This document shows positions 9,963-20,200 of a DNA stretch of 64,000 nucleotides, one piece after another. The stretch's first letter is position 1. Each line of letters starts with the position of its first letter. The notes under the pieces were generated by a model that ran no database searches, had not been told where the DNA came from, and worked only from the letters and a program-made list of their open reading frames with translations. The DNA is taken from assembly GCA_963733035.1 (NCBI GenBank), contig CAVTBU010000005.1:2720001-2784000 (forward strand), read 5' to 3'. The position numbers and the translations under genes were made by a program. The DNA is from Pirellulales bacterium. Its GTDB lineage: Bacteria > Planctomycetota > Planctomycetia > Pirellulales > PALSA-1355.

Positions 9963-10370
9963 ATGATTGACAACCTCACCACGGACCCCGTCGACCTGTT
10001 TGCAACGGCGATATTCCTGGCGGTTGTCATTCTGGTGCCGTTGGTCGGGTACGTGTTCATGGTGCTCGACTTCCGCGCCTACCTGCGGTCGCTTCAGCGC
10101 GGCTTGATCCTGGCGGCCCAGGCTTTTGGCGGAATGCCCGCCTGGGCGCGCCAGTACACGCCTCGGCCTATCGCAGCGATGGGACTGCGTTTCCCCTGCA
10201 CCGAGGAAGACCTAAAGCGGGCCTATCGTCAACGCGTGAAGCTGCTGCACCCGGATCACGGTGGAGATCAAAAGCGCTTTATGGTGTTGCAGGCGCAATT
10301 CGAAGAGGCGATGTCCATTCTGACCGCGATGAAGTCCGACGCCGGATCCGTGGACCAACACCCGCTTTGA
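9963..10370 (+). CDS. Small membrane-anchored J-domain protein
   Basis: N-terminal TM helix; C-terminal LKRAYRQRVKLLHPDHGGD (HPD motif). Confidence 0.88.
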   Translation: MIDNLTTDPVDLFATAIFLAVVILVPLVGYVFMVLDFRAYLRSLQRGLILAAQAFGGMPAWARQYTPRPIAAMGLRFPCTEEDLKRAYRQRVKLLHPDHGGDQKRFMVLQAQFEEAMSILTAMKSDAGSVDQHPL

Positions 10371-10465
10371 ATCAGTGCGGCGCCACGCCGTGAAGCCACC
10401 GCTACTTGGACAGCACCACTTTGTGCGTGCTTCGATCTTTAGCCGCTCTCGAGCAGCCGCCAGGT

Positions 10466-11272
10466 TCATCGCGCCTCCGGCGCGCTACGGGCCTGCAGCA
10501 GCGCGGCCGCCGAAAGAATCGAAAACACGATCAGCATTTGGCCTGGGCCATAGGTTAGCCACACGGCTTCGGTGCTGTGAGGGAACGAGCCCCGAAACAT
10601 GCCGAATGCCAGGATCAAATCGCTCAACAGGAACAACGCCCCGCCAAGTGCCAGCGGAAACAGCTTCGCTTCCTGGAGCGCCAGCCCCGCGGTGATGCCC
10701 GCCGTGCCGGCCAGCAGCAGCGAATAGGGCAGGGCGGGCCACACCAGCGCCCGTGCCTCGTCGCCCAACATCGCCACATAGTACCAGCCACCCAGTGCCA
10801 CCAATTGCCAGCCCACAATGCCGATCGCCATTGCCATGCGGTTCGTCAGGCCGGTCCGTCGCGCGAGATACACGCAGCCGGCTATGTAGGCGATGTGCCC
10901 CAGACCAAAGGCCGCAATGCCACCCAACACTGGATCAGGCAAGGGAACGAAATTCAGCAGGCGCGCGTTAAAGAAGTCACCAACAGTTCCGAGTGTCATG
11001 CCAATGGCAATGGCGAGTGCAAACTTGCCCACCATGTCGCCGCGCCACAACGTCCAGGCCCACCAGGCCGTGATGACCAACACAACGGACGAACCCATCC
11101 GGGCCGCGGTGGGCCAAGCTCCGCCGTGCCGCTCGAGCAAGTTGCCGGAAATCATCGCGCCGGCCAGCAGCGCCAACCAGACGAGCCACAGGCCGATGAA
11201 GATGGCCTTATCAGACTTGCCCAAGCGCGCTGCTTGAGATGTCTGCAAGTTGCCCGCATCAATGTTGGCCAT
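10466..11272 (-). CDS. YhhN/lysoplasmalogenase family membrane protein
   Basis: Multi-TM protein with GTVGDFF, AFGLGHIAYI, GGALFLLSDLILA and WLTY motifs. Start MANIDAG at 11272. Confidence 0.82.
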   Translation of the reverse strand: MANIDAGNLQTSQAARLGKSDKAIFIGLWLVWLALLAGAMISGNLLERHGGAWPTAARMGSSVVLVITAWWAWTLWRGDMVGKFALAIAIGMTLGTVGDFFNARLLNFVPLPDPVLGGIAAFGLGHIAYIAGCVYLARRTGLTNRMAMAIGIVGWQLVALGGWYYVAMLGDEARALVWPALPYSLLLAGTAGITAGLALQEAKLFPLALGGALFLLSDLILAFGMFRGSFPHSTEAVWLTYGPGQMLIVFSILSAAALLQARSAPEAR

Positions 11273-11274
11273 TT

Positions 11275-12078
11275 TCAGTTTCCGCCTGTTTTGGATGGGC
11301 TTTGCGGCCGATCGCCGGACTTGCCTTGTGAGTCGGTAACCGCCGCTTGTGATGACGCGCCGAGTGGAAAGTATTGCACTTCTTCCGGCGCCGTCAGACC
11401 AAACGATACCACGGCCTGAATTGTCTCTTCCAGGGTCCAGCACAACTCGGTGACCTCTTCCTCGGGCACCATCAGCATGTAGCCGGACGTGGGAATGGGC
11501 GTGGTGGGCACGTACACGCAGAGAATGGTCTTGCCGGTGGCCGTGTCGCGGCAGCTCGAAGTGACGAAAGCGGGCGCGCGCATATTCTGATGCGGAAACG
11601 CCACCAGTACCACGCGTTTGAATTTCGATATCTCGCTCGAGCCGCCCAGCGACTGGAACATCCGGCTCGTGGCGCTGTAAATGGAGGTAATGATGGGCAG
11701 CCGCAATACGACCGTGTCGACGAACAGGGCCAACCGGCTGTGGGCGAAAAAACCAAGGAAATAGAGAAACACGCTGATCGTGACGAGTCCGAGTGCCGGG
11801 GCCACGAAGGTTGTGAACCAGGAAGGCACCGCCACGGCACCACCCTCGGCCAGCCGCACGACCAGCCGCGCCATGGGGGAAATGGCGTATTCGTCGAGCG
11901 TCTGGTAGAGCCAGTAGACGATCCAAAAAGTGACGAAGAATGGCAGCGCCAGCAACAGACCGGCGATGATTCGCCCCCGGATGTTCGCCGTCAAACCATT
12001 TAACCCACGTCGTTTCGGCGATGGCGACACGGAGATCAACTCCTGCGAGTGTTGTCGGCGTTTCTTTTTGCGTCCCAT
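11275..12078 (-). CDS. DUF502 family membrane protein
   Basis: AGLLLALPFFVT, RLPIITSIY, VLVAFP, VYVPTTPIPTSGY, VSFG. Confidence 0.9.
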   Translation of the reverse strand: MGRKKKRRQHSQELISVSPSPKRRGLNGLTANIRGRIIAGLLLALPFFVTFWIVYWLYQTLDEYAISPMARLVVRLAEGGAVAVPSWFTTFVAPALGLVTISVFLYFLGFFAHSRLALFVDTVVLRLPIITSIYSATSRMFQSLGGSSEISKFKRVVLVAFPHQNMRAPAFVTSSCRDTATGKTILCVYVPTTPIPTSGYMLMVPEEEVTELCWTLEETIQAVVSFGLTAPEEVQYFPLGASSQAAVTDSQGKSGDRPQSPSKTGGN

Positions 12079-12246
12079 TCCGAGTTCCAGCGTCGGCGCG
12101 AAGTCCAAACGAACCCATGTCGCACAAGGATGCCACGCGCTCCGCCGCACACTCCGGCACCAAAAGAACGTCCATTGTGGTGCGTACGAGCGGCTTCGTA
12201 AAGTTCCAGCCGTCGGGTGGCGCCCAGTTATTGGCGACGCTGAAAA

Positions 12247-14091
12247 CTATTCGGACGCTACCAGCTCTCGATAGTTCAGCCGTGGGCGATATTTGCGCAC
12301 CAGGCAGGCTTGCCAGGCCAGCATTTCGGCAGGAGCGGTTTCGGTGACATAGGTGCGCAGCGCCAACGGACGCGGCAGATCACTCCAGGCACAGTGCCGA
12401 TCGCCGGCGAACTGCCGCTGCAGGTGACTGCGGAGGTTGAGTGTTTCGCCCGCGTACAGCCGCCGTGACTTGCCCGCGGTGAGGAGATACACGCCCGGAG
12501 CGGCCGGCACGTCTGCCGGGTCGAACTTGTCAACGGACATTTCGCGACCGAGACGCGCCGGGGGCACCAAGACGGCCCCGCGGCTGCGGGCGAGCTTCGC
12601 TTGTTTCCGCAACTTAAGCGCCGCCCAGCGATATTCGAATGGCGTGTGACCAGGCGCGAATTCTGTTGCCAGCCCATCGAACTGGGCAGCCAAGGCCGGA
12701 TCGCACAGAATCTCGTCGAGCGTGTCAGCCAAATCCGCGTCGAGCATCTTTTCCAGCGCGATCTCGCTGGCAAATAAAAATCCGTCGCACTCTTCCCACG
12801 ACATGCCCGTTCGCTCGCGTGTCGGCAGGTCGGCGAGCCGTCCTTGCTTTCGCAAGCGAAACAACAACGTGTTCCAGGTGCGCGCGTCGCCCACCAAGCC
12901 CAACTGCCGACAACGTTCGACGAATTGCCCGCCGAGCTCCGGGTCGGCCACCAGCCGGTCTGCCGAAAAGCCGTCGTGAGTCTCGCGAAAAGCGTCCAAA
13001 ATTCCGTGCAGCGTTATTTCAAGCTGCGCTGTTTCGTGCCGAGGCCCACCGCCTGACAAGCCGCGCGCGGGGTTTTTGTTCTGAGGCGCACGCCGAGGTC
13101 GTCCTTCACCTAGCCGGCGGCCGTCTCTTGTTTTTGGTGCCGAGACCAGCGGCTCGGCCGAACCTACCAGCGGATCGCCAAGCCGCGTGTTTTCCAACCG
13201 CGCCAGCCCATGCGTTACATAATCGCTCGACAGCTCATAGGCCAAATGCCGGCGTCCAAGTTTCTTGGCCACCACGGCCGTGGTGGCACTGCCCGAGAAT
13301 GGGTCGAGCACTAACTCCCCCTCCTCCGAACAGACCCGAATGATTCGGGCGAGCAACTGTTCGGGCATCTGACAACCGTGAAATCCGGCCCGCTCCTTGA
13401 ACGTGCCGGCCACGCGCGGAAAGTACCAGGTGTCTTCACTTGCCTGAAAGCAACCACCCAGGTCCTGTGGGCGCAGCGTCCAGGTTTGGTCGTTGTCGCG
13501 CGGTGGCGGCAGTTCGTCCGCCGACCACGTTTCCTCGCTATCGAGCCGACCAACGAACTCCGCGGGCCGAATGATCCAGGTGTCGTCGGGCAGCCGGCCG
13601 GTGGAATTCGCCCGCTTATCGCCATAGACGAGTTGCCGAGCCGAAGGAATACGATTCTCGGGGGACTCGGCGCGAAACGTGAATTGTTCCGGGTCTTTGA
13701 CAAAGTGAAACAAATGGGCGTGCGAACGGGTGAATTTGCGCGAGCAATTGACACCGAACGTGTAATACCAGATCACCCAACTGCGACAGTGAAACCCGAC
13801 CTTCTGGCTCTCCAACTTGAGCTCGGCAGCGTACTCATCGCCAATTGCCAGCCAGAAGGCACCGCTGTCTTTGAGCGCCCTGTGCACTGCCGCGATCCAA
13901 TCGTGGGACCACGACAGATACTTCTCGCCCTCGAGTCGATCGTCGTAAACGTCGTACTCGTAGCCGATATTAAACGGCGGATCGGCGAAGACGAGATCGA
14001 CGCTGCCGGGCACCAGAGCGTTCAACCCCGCGATGCAATCACCGTGGACGATCGTATTCTCGGGCTGCACTTTGCGAACTTGCTGCGACAC
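12247..14091 (-). CDS. Beta-class N4C/N6A DNA methyltransferase with C-terminal extension ending in a degenerate GIY-YIG-like domain
   Basis: IVHGDC, DLVFADPPFN (motif IV) precede HGCQMPEQL and VLDPFSGSATT (motif I). C-terminus PGVYLL...LYAGETLNLRSHL...PRLN. GTG start at 14091 with GGAG upstream. Confidence 0.9.
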   Translation of the reverse strand: MSQQVRKVQPENTIVHGDCIAGLNALVPGSVDLVFADPPFNIGYEYDVYDDRLEGEKYLSWSHDWIAAVHRALKDSGAFWLAIGDEYAAELKLESQKVGFHCRSWVIWYYTFGVNCSRKFTRSHAHLFHFVKDPEQFTFRAESPENRIPSARQLVYGDKRANSTGRLPDDTWIIRPAEFVGRLDSEETWSADELPPPRDNDQTWTLRPQDLGGCFQASEDTWYFPRVAGTFKERAGFHGCQMPEQLLARIIRVCSEEGELVLDPFSGSATTAVVAKKLGRRHLAYELSSDYVTHGLARLENTRLGDPLVGSAEPLVSAPKTRDGRRLGEGRPRRAPQNKNPARGLSGGGPRHETAQLEITLHGILDAFRETHDGFSADRLVADPELGGQFVERCRQLGLVGDARTWNTLLFRLRKQGRLADLPTRERTGMSWEECDGFLFASEIALEKMLDADLADTLDEILCDPALAAQFDGLATEFAPGHTPFEYRWAALKLRKQAKLARSRGAVLVPPARLGREMSVDKFDPADVPAAPGVYLLTAGKSRRLYAGETLNLRSHLQRQFAGDRHCAWSDLPRPLALRTYVTETAPAEMLAWQACLVRKYRPRLNYRELVASE

Positions 14092-14867
14092 GAGGCAGAA
14101 CTCCGTTTCTGAGGGGCGACGGCAACGATCCACGATGTAATCATCATACCGAGCCGCGTGCGTGGCGCAAATCACCCAGTGCTCGACCGGGAAGTACGGC
14201 AACGGAGAGGCCAATGCTAGAAGATTGAAAAGGGGAACCAAGGGACGAGGGGGAGAATCCAACCGCTGGGCAGGCGCGCGAAGAAATGCGCGCAGAATGA
14301 CGCGCATTGGCAGATTGACCAACAAAAAGTTTGGTGCGGCTGCTCTTTGGACGAGCCGGGATTGTTCTTTAAGGTTGGTTAGACAGTTGATCACTCCTCG
14401 ACCATCGGCCAAAGAGCAGCTGGTGCACGCGGGATGATACCCGTCACTCGTCTGAGGCGTTAGGTGCCCGGCATTTCCAATCCATCCCTCACTGGGCCGG
14501 GTGGTTTCTCAGACACGGGCGGACAAGCCTGGCACAACGACTCCCACATGCCGCCGACTTTCGGCGAGCGCGATCGGAGCGGCGTGAATCAACGAGACAA
14601 AAACACTGCGGCTGGCGCCCGCCGCAGGGCATTTGTCCCAAGCACGGGGCCAAGACGTCCCCGCCTCAACGAAACGCTACGCTTCGCGTGACCACGCCTG
14701 GCCACCAGACTAAAACGCATTGTGCGGGAAGTGGTGGCCCGATTTCAAGAAGAAGTTCTTTGAGCGGCAGTGGCTGAGCCCATGAGGCTCGCTGCAACCC
14801 GGCAAACCGCGGCGGCAGAGGCGCGTGACCGACGCTTGGCCCGACACCGGCATCTGCGGTCGGGAAT

Positions 14868-15351
14868 ATGCTGCTTTTTGCCGGCCAGGACGTGGACGTC
14901 GACACCGGGCTGCAATACTCCCGCGCCAGGTCGTATAGTTCAAGTACGGGCGGATTTTTTTCACGCGATCCGATTGGATTTGGTGGCGGGGACGCCAATC
15001 TATATCGGTATGTATTCGGCGGGCCGACCAACCACACTGATCTGACCGGACTCGAACAGTGGGCGGCGCAGCAAGCTCTGAGCAAAGTGTTTGAATGGTC
15101 CCGCGGCAGGACGCTTTATCAAGAAGCTTCCCCAGTAGCGAACGTCCTCGGTGATGAGAGACCGCAGATTGTTGTTGGCACTCCCAAATAGAGGTCAAAG
15201 GGTTAAAGAATTCCATCGGTGCATTTGACGAGGCTAAAGATAAGTGGGGGGCGACCAGGTGTCTCACCGACGTGTATCGGAAAGTTCAAAACGCAGATGA
15301 CCTCTTGAAACTCACGGGTCCCAGGTACAGAGCGCTTCGGAGAGCTTTTTG
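14868..15351 (+). pseudogene. Orphan Rhs core C-terminal fragment plus frameshifted variable C-terminal domain
   Basis: DVDTGLQYSRARSY...GGFFSRDPIGFGGGDANLYRYVFGGPTNHTDLTGL is the Rhs-associated core signature. No upstream YD repeats. The CT appears to continue in another frame to 15351. Confidence 0.8.
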
Positions 15352-15393
15352 ACAAAATACCAAAACAATAGAGGCCAAATTAGGAGAAACACC

Positions 15394-16258
15394 ATGTGGA
15401 TTTTGAATACATACGGGCGATGGTCGTATCTTGTGGTGTGTGCGACGCTGTTTTCGCCGGCGACGTGCGTTGGACAGGGCAATAACAATCATAGAACAGC
15501 GCACCTAATGAGCCTGGTGTCTGCCAACGCCAAGCAGGTGACACTTGACGTCAGCGGCACATCGTTTCGCCTTGTCAGAATTCCACCCGGCGAATTTGAC
15601 TTAGGAGCGGGGGCCGCAGATGCGATGGCCCAGCCAGCGGAGCAACCTGTTCGGCACATTCAGATCACCAAGCCGTTCTATATTGGCTCAACAGAAGTGT
15701 CGCAGAGTCAGTACCACGCAGTTATGGGCGATCACCGCAACAATTTTAGCGGCGATAACTTACCAGTCGAGGATTTGACGTACGTGCAAGCGCGTCAATT
15801 CTGTGAAAGCGCTAACGCGACGATCGGGCGTCACGGTAACGCTGCCGACGGAGGCCCAATGGGAATATGCTTGTCGAGCGGGAACGAACACCCGCTTCTA
15901 TTCTGGTGACGATGTATGTAGTCTGGACGCAGTAGCGTGGTTTAGTGGCAACTCAAGCGATAAGACGCACCGATGCGGCTTAAAGGCCCCAAATCGTTGG
16001 GGACTCTATGACATGCTAGGTAACGTGTGGGAGCCTTGCTTAGACGAATTGCCACCGTATAAGTTGGTCGATCAGAAGGATCCGGTGGGAGAGATTCAGC
16101 CCGCGTGGGGTATAATGCGCGGTGGAAGTTGGCTATTTGATCCAGCTGATTGTCGTGCCGCCACTAGGATTGCCACTCATGAATACTTCGGTGGGATGGG
16201 CGTCAGAATAGTGATAAACCCCGAAGACAACCGGGCCACACGCGACAAGCGGCCCTGA
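15394..16258 (+). CDS. Secreted FGE-sulfatase (SUMF1/C-type lectin-like fold) domain protein, frameshifted at ~15806-15812
   Basis: AGGAG RBS, signal-peptide-like N-terminus, IPPGEFDLG, FYIGSTEVSQSQY, LPVE; second frame LPTEAQWEYACRAG, PNRWGLYDMLGNVWE, RGGSW. Confidence 0.88.
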
Positions 16259-16373
16259 TGAGGAGGTTTCCCGGCGAGCTGATTGTCCGCCTCATGATAT
16301 ACGGTTGGGTATGCTGCAGCTGCGAGATGAGTCCTGCCGTGACGCCTATAGGTCGGTTCTGCCGACAGGCGTC

Positions 16374-16625
16374 GCTTTGCCGGCCGAACATCGCCGCCGG
16401 CTGCGCACGAGCAATCCGCTGGAGCGCCTCAACGAAGAAATCAAACGCCGCACCCGCGTCGCCACGTTGTTCCCCAACGAGGCCTCGCTCCTGCGGCTCG
16501 TCACCGCCATCCTCCAAGAAACCAGCGAAGACTGGGAAACCGGAAAAATCTACCTCAACCTGGAAACCAACTAGCCCACCCCAAACAAGCTCCCGAAGCT
16601 TTTACAGAAAAACGGTTGCTCAATC
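16374..16625 (+). mobile_element. IS256-family transposase C-terminal remnant with right end
   Basis: LPAEHRRRLRTSNPLERLNEEIKRRTRVATLFPNEASLLRL (stop 16574), then an IS256-like end TTTACAGAAAAACGGTTGCTCAATC (16601-16625). Confidence 0.85.
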
Positions 16626-16990
16626 TTCTTGCGCAACAGTCGCCTCCATATACGTCGATCTCAACCAGGTTTAGACGCCGTAGGTGAGCTATAGCTTCGT
16701 TCGTGCACGGCCCATGGATGCTGACTGCGCACGCGGTAAAAAAAATCCGGCCCAAGCCTCTCAAGAATCCATGCAGGCACATTCGGTTTTGCAAGCAGCT
16801 GTCCTTGCTCGTCGGTGCCAAAATCAAGTTCAGCACTAAATCCTTCCTGTACAAGTGCAAGGCGACTCGCGCTGCCGTTTCGCGATTTCAATACGGTTTA
16901 CGACAATGCCTAATACCACACCCGTCAATAAAACAACGAACAAGAGCGATCGGAGACGATACCGCGAAATGTGGCTTAATATTTCTCGCA
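16626..16990 (-). pseudogene. Fragmented planctomycete-type membrane-anchored (LRR-like) protein
   Basis: Pieces in three frames: RYRLRSLLFVVLLTGVVLG...KRQR; PAWILERLGPDFF; IAHLRRLNLVEIDVYG. Ends at the IS256 right end. Confidence 0.55.
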
Positions 16991-17147
16991 CAGTAGGGCC
17001 GTAATTAAAGGGGGCGGCGGAATTTTTATTTCCAGCGGGCGGCGTTGGTAGTTCGATGCGCGGCATGCCTCGCGTCGCTCGCACGCTTCTGGACGGATAG
17101 GTTTATCATATCCTCAATTGGGCCAGCGACCGACTTGCCCTCGGCGC

Positions 17148-17188
17148 AAAAAAACAGCGGCCCGGTCCAACTTGGGACCGGGCCGCTG
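17148..17188 (-). terminator. Rho-independent terminator of the giant surface protein gene
   Basis: 14-bp perfect stem CAGCGGCCCGGTCC/GGACCGGGCCGCTG with A7 on the plus strand (U-tract on minus). Confidence 0.85.
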
Positions 17189-17294
17189 GTGTTGACCAGA
17201 CCTTCTGCTGAGTACGACTCAGAAGAAGACTACACAACTCAGGAACTGACCCGACCGCATGGTGGCGATGCTGGTTGATCGAGCAATGCCGCCG

Positions 17295-20200
17295 CTAGGT
17301 GCCGTTGGCGACTTTCAATAGGTACTCCTGGGAATCCACCAGGGCGGAGATTAGCGAGCGCTGGTTGAGACCGCCCGAGCGCAGCTGGTTCGCGAAGTAG
17401 GTTAGTCCGCCGGCGTCGGCCGCACGGCCCAACGTTTGGGCATAGGCCGCCTGTACCAGCAGGTTTGTCCGCTCCGGGCTCGCCAACAACTGGCTGATGG
17501 TGTCACTACGCGACTGGCCGCCGCCGAGCGCGTCGAGGTAGTGTGACAAGCCTCCCGCGTCCGGAGCTCGTCCCAGAACGTCGTGATAAAGGGCCGTCAC
17601 GAATGCCTGATTGCTGCCGTGCATCAGCGAGTATTCAGGCGACTGCAACAAACCGGCCGCCACGGTATCCTCCGAAGCGCCGGCAAGCAGTTGCCCGATC
17701 CAGTACTCGCGACCGCCGGCATCGGCGGCACGATGCAAGTATTGGGCATATGCCTGATCGACTACCAGGCCGAAATACTCTCGCGAGTTGAGCAGCGACC
17801 CGGCAATTGCTCCCCGGCTGGCGCCGCCCTGCAATTGGCCGACGAACAAACTCAGGCCACCCGGGTCTGGCGCACGATGAAGAATATCGTGATAGAGGGC
17901 CGTAATGATGGCCTGGGCATCCGGCGTTGCCGCGGGGCTGGTTGCCGCGGCCGCGGCGTGATCTGGAAGATTGTCTGGCCGCCCGACGATTTGGGCGCGC
18001 TCGGGTGACTCGATCAGGTTGTCGATCACTTGTAGCCGCGGGGTGCCAGAGGCCAATATCGCCAGTTGGGTGGCGTTGCCGCCGGCATCGGGTGCACGCC
18101 CCAAGATGTCGAAGTAGATCGCGTTCACAAAGTCGGCGTTTGCGGAATGTTTCGCGGAGTACTCGACCGAGTCGAGCAGATGGACTGCCAGCGAGTCCTC
18201 GGTCATGCCGCCTGTGAGCTGATCGACCCAGTATTGGCGACCCGACGGATCGGCGGCCCGATCCAGATAGTCGGCGTAGTACCGGTCGACCATCTGGCCG
18301 TAGTTTTCTGGAGATGTGGCCAGGGCGTGGGCCACGTCGTCGGCGCTGGCGCCAGCTTCCAACTGGGCGACGTACGTCGCCAAACCGTTTGGATCAGGAT
18401 TACGTCCCAGAATCTGCTGGTACAGGGCGGTGACGGTTTGCTGTGCGGTGCTTGAGCTGGAGGCCGCCGAAACCGGGGGATCAAAGTTGCCCACGATCGG
18501 CAGCGCTCGCGGGTCGCCAAACTTGAACGCGATGTCATGCCCCAGGGGGACCGGGCTAAAGGCATGATTGAGCCCCGCCGGATCGCTCGACATCAAAAAT
18601 CGCCATTCCCCAGTCCCTTGGCCGGCGCCCGCATCTGGCACCCAAATGCCCAGATCGGTAATTCCATCGAGATCCAAATCGGCTGCCACGGGGCGATCCG
18701 CCGTGCCAGGCATTCCGAAATTGATCGTCGCGTCGGCGCTGCCGAACACGGGACCGTAGTCGAGGAAGAACTGATTATTCTGGTAAGTGCCGAGGTCCGC
18801 GATTCCGTCGCCGTTGAAATCGCCCGCAATCGGATAGCCGCGCATGCTGGTGGCCACCGTCGTGACCGCTCCGCCGACGCCGTCGTAAAGGATGTTCCAC
18901 CGGGCGCCGTCAAAGATCGCAATTTCGTCGCCCGGCATGCGCCGGATTGAAATCACCCGCCACCGCCAAACCCGAGATCTGTGGAGCCGGGAACGTCTCG
19001 CCCGCATCGATCCGACCGTTACCATTGACATCAATCAGAAAGCGGTAAGGACTACCGGCGTTGTCTCGCCCAAAGGCGGCCAGCACATCGTAGCCGGGCA
19101 ACTGCACCGGGCTAAACTTGCCTGCGAAGCGTTGATCGTTGATCTGGCCAAAATCGAACACCAAATCGCGGTTTGCCGCATCGGTATTGGTCGGATCGAA
19201 CGTGCCGTTGCCGTTCATGTCGACGACGACTGTCTTGCCAAGGTACACACCGATTTCCGGCCGGCTGTCGACGGTAAACTGCGCCGTGAAGTTTCCCCCG
19301 GAATAGCCGTTACCGCTGGGCAGGGTCGGCGGGCTATGCGGTTCGCTGGCGTTGCTCTCGCCGTCAAGCCTGTTACCCGCCGGATCGACGACGGAATCGA
19401 GAACCGTCAGCGTGTAGCGGTCGTCGGGCAGCGGCGCGTAGAAAGCGAGCTGGACCGTGGCCGTGGCGATTTGGCCAGCCACGACCGGATTGTTTGTAAC
19501 CAGAACGCTCGCAATGGCAATGGTCCCCACGTGTTCGCCCACGAGGCGGTAGTTGCCCGGCTGCATCGCCGCCGCCGTATCGAGCGCGGGATAGACGAAG
19601 CCGGGTTGCCGCGTCAGGATGCTGCTGGTCAGCGGATCGCGCAGTTCGATCGTGAGACTCTTGACCGGCGGCGTGGGACTCGAGACGTGCGCCGGGTTCT
19701 TGGACGAAAACAAGTCGTACTCGGCCTCGTTCGCCGCAGTGCCCAGATCGTCGGTAATGTGCACGCCGCCCAGCGGGCCGGCGCCATCCGGATCGAAGAC
19801 TTGCGGCCCCAGTACATCCACTTCGGTGACGTTCAGATCATAAACATTGATGCCCGTATCCGTGCCACGCACGCGGAGGTAATATTTCTGGCCCGCCTGC
19901 ATGCCGATCATGAGCGATTCGTTGTCGCCCGCGGTATTACTCGACGCAATCAATGCACCGGCGGCATCGTAAACCGCGATTTGCAAATCGCCGTTGCTGG
20001 GCAACCCCTGCCGGCCGCTGGGGAGCGTGGGGATTTGCGTGAACAGAGCGTCGAAGCGGAACGTGCTTGTCTTGGACGGTTGAAAACTGTACCAGTCCTC
20101 ATCGCCGCCAACAGTGCCAAAAGGCGTAGGCAGTGTGACCGCCCCTGGATCAATGCTCAAGTTGCTCAGGAACACCGGCACTGGACCGAGCGGAGTAGCC

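Noticed and set aside
15394..16258. FGE/CLec-fold gene as a diversity-generating retroelement target
   Set aside because: No reverse transcriptase and no template-repeat copy of its 3' end were seen in the window.
17295..18450. CRISPR-like or DNA tandem repeats
   Set aside because: The periodicity is protein-level (DUF4214-like repeats) with divergent codons. No identical repeat-spacer array was found in the window.
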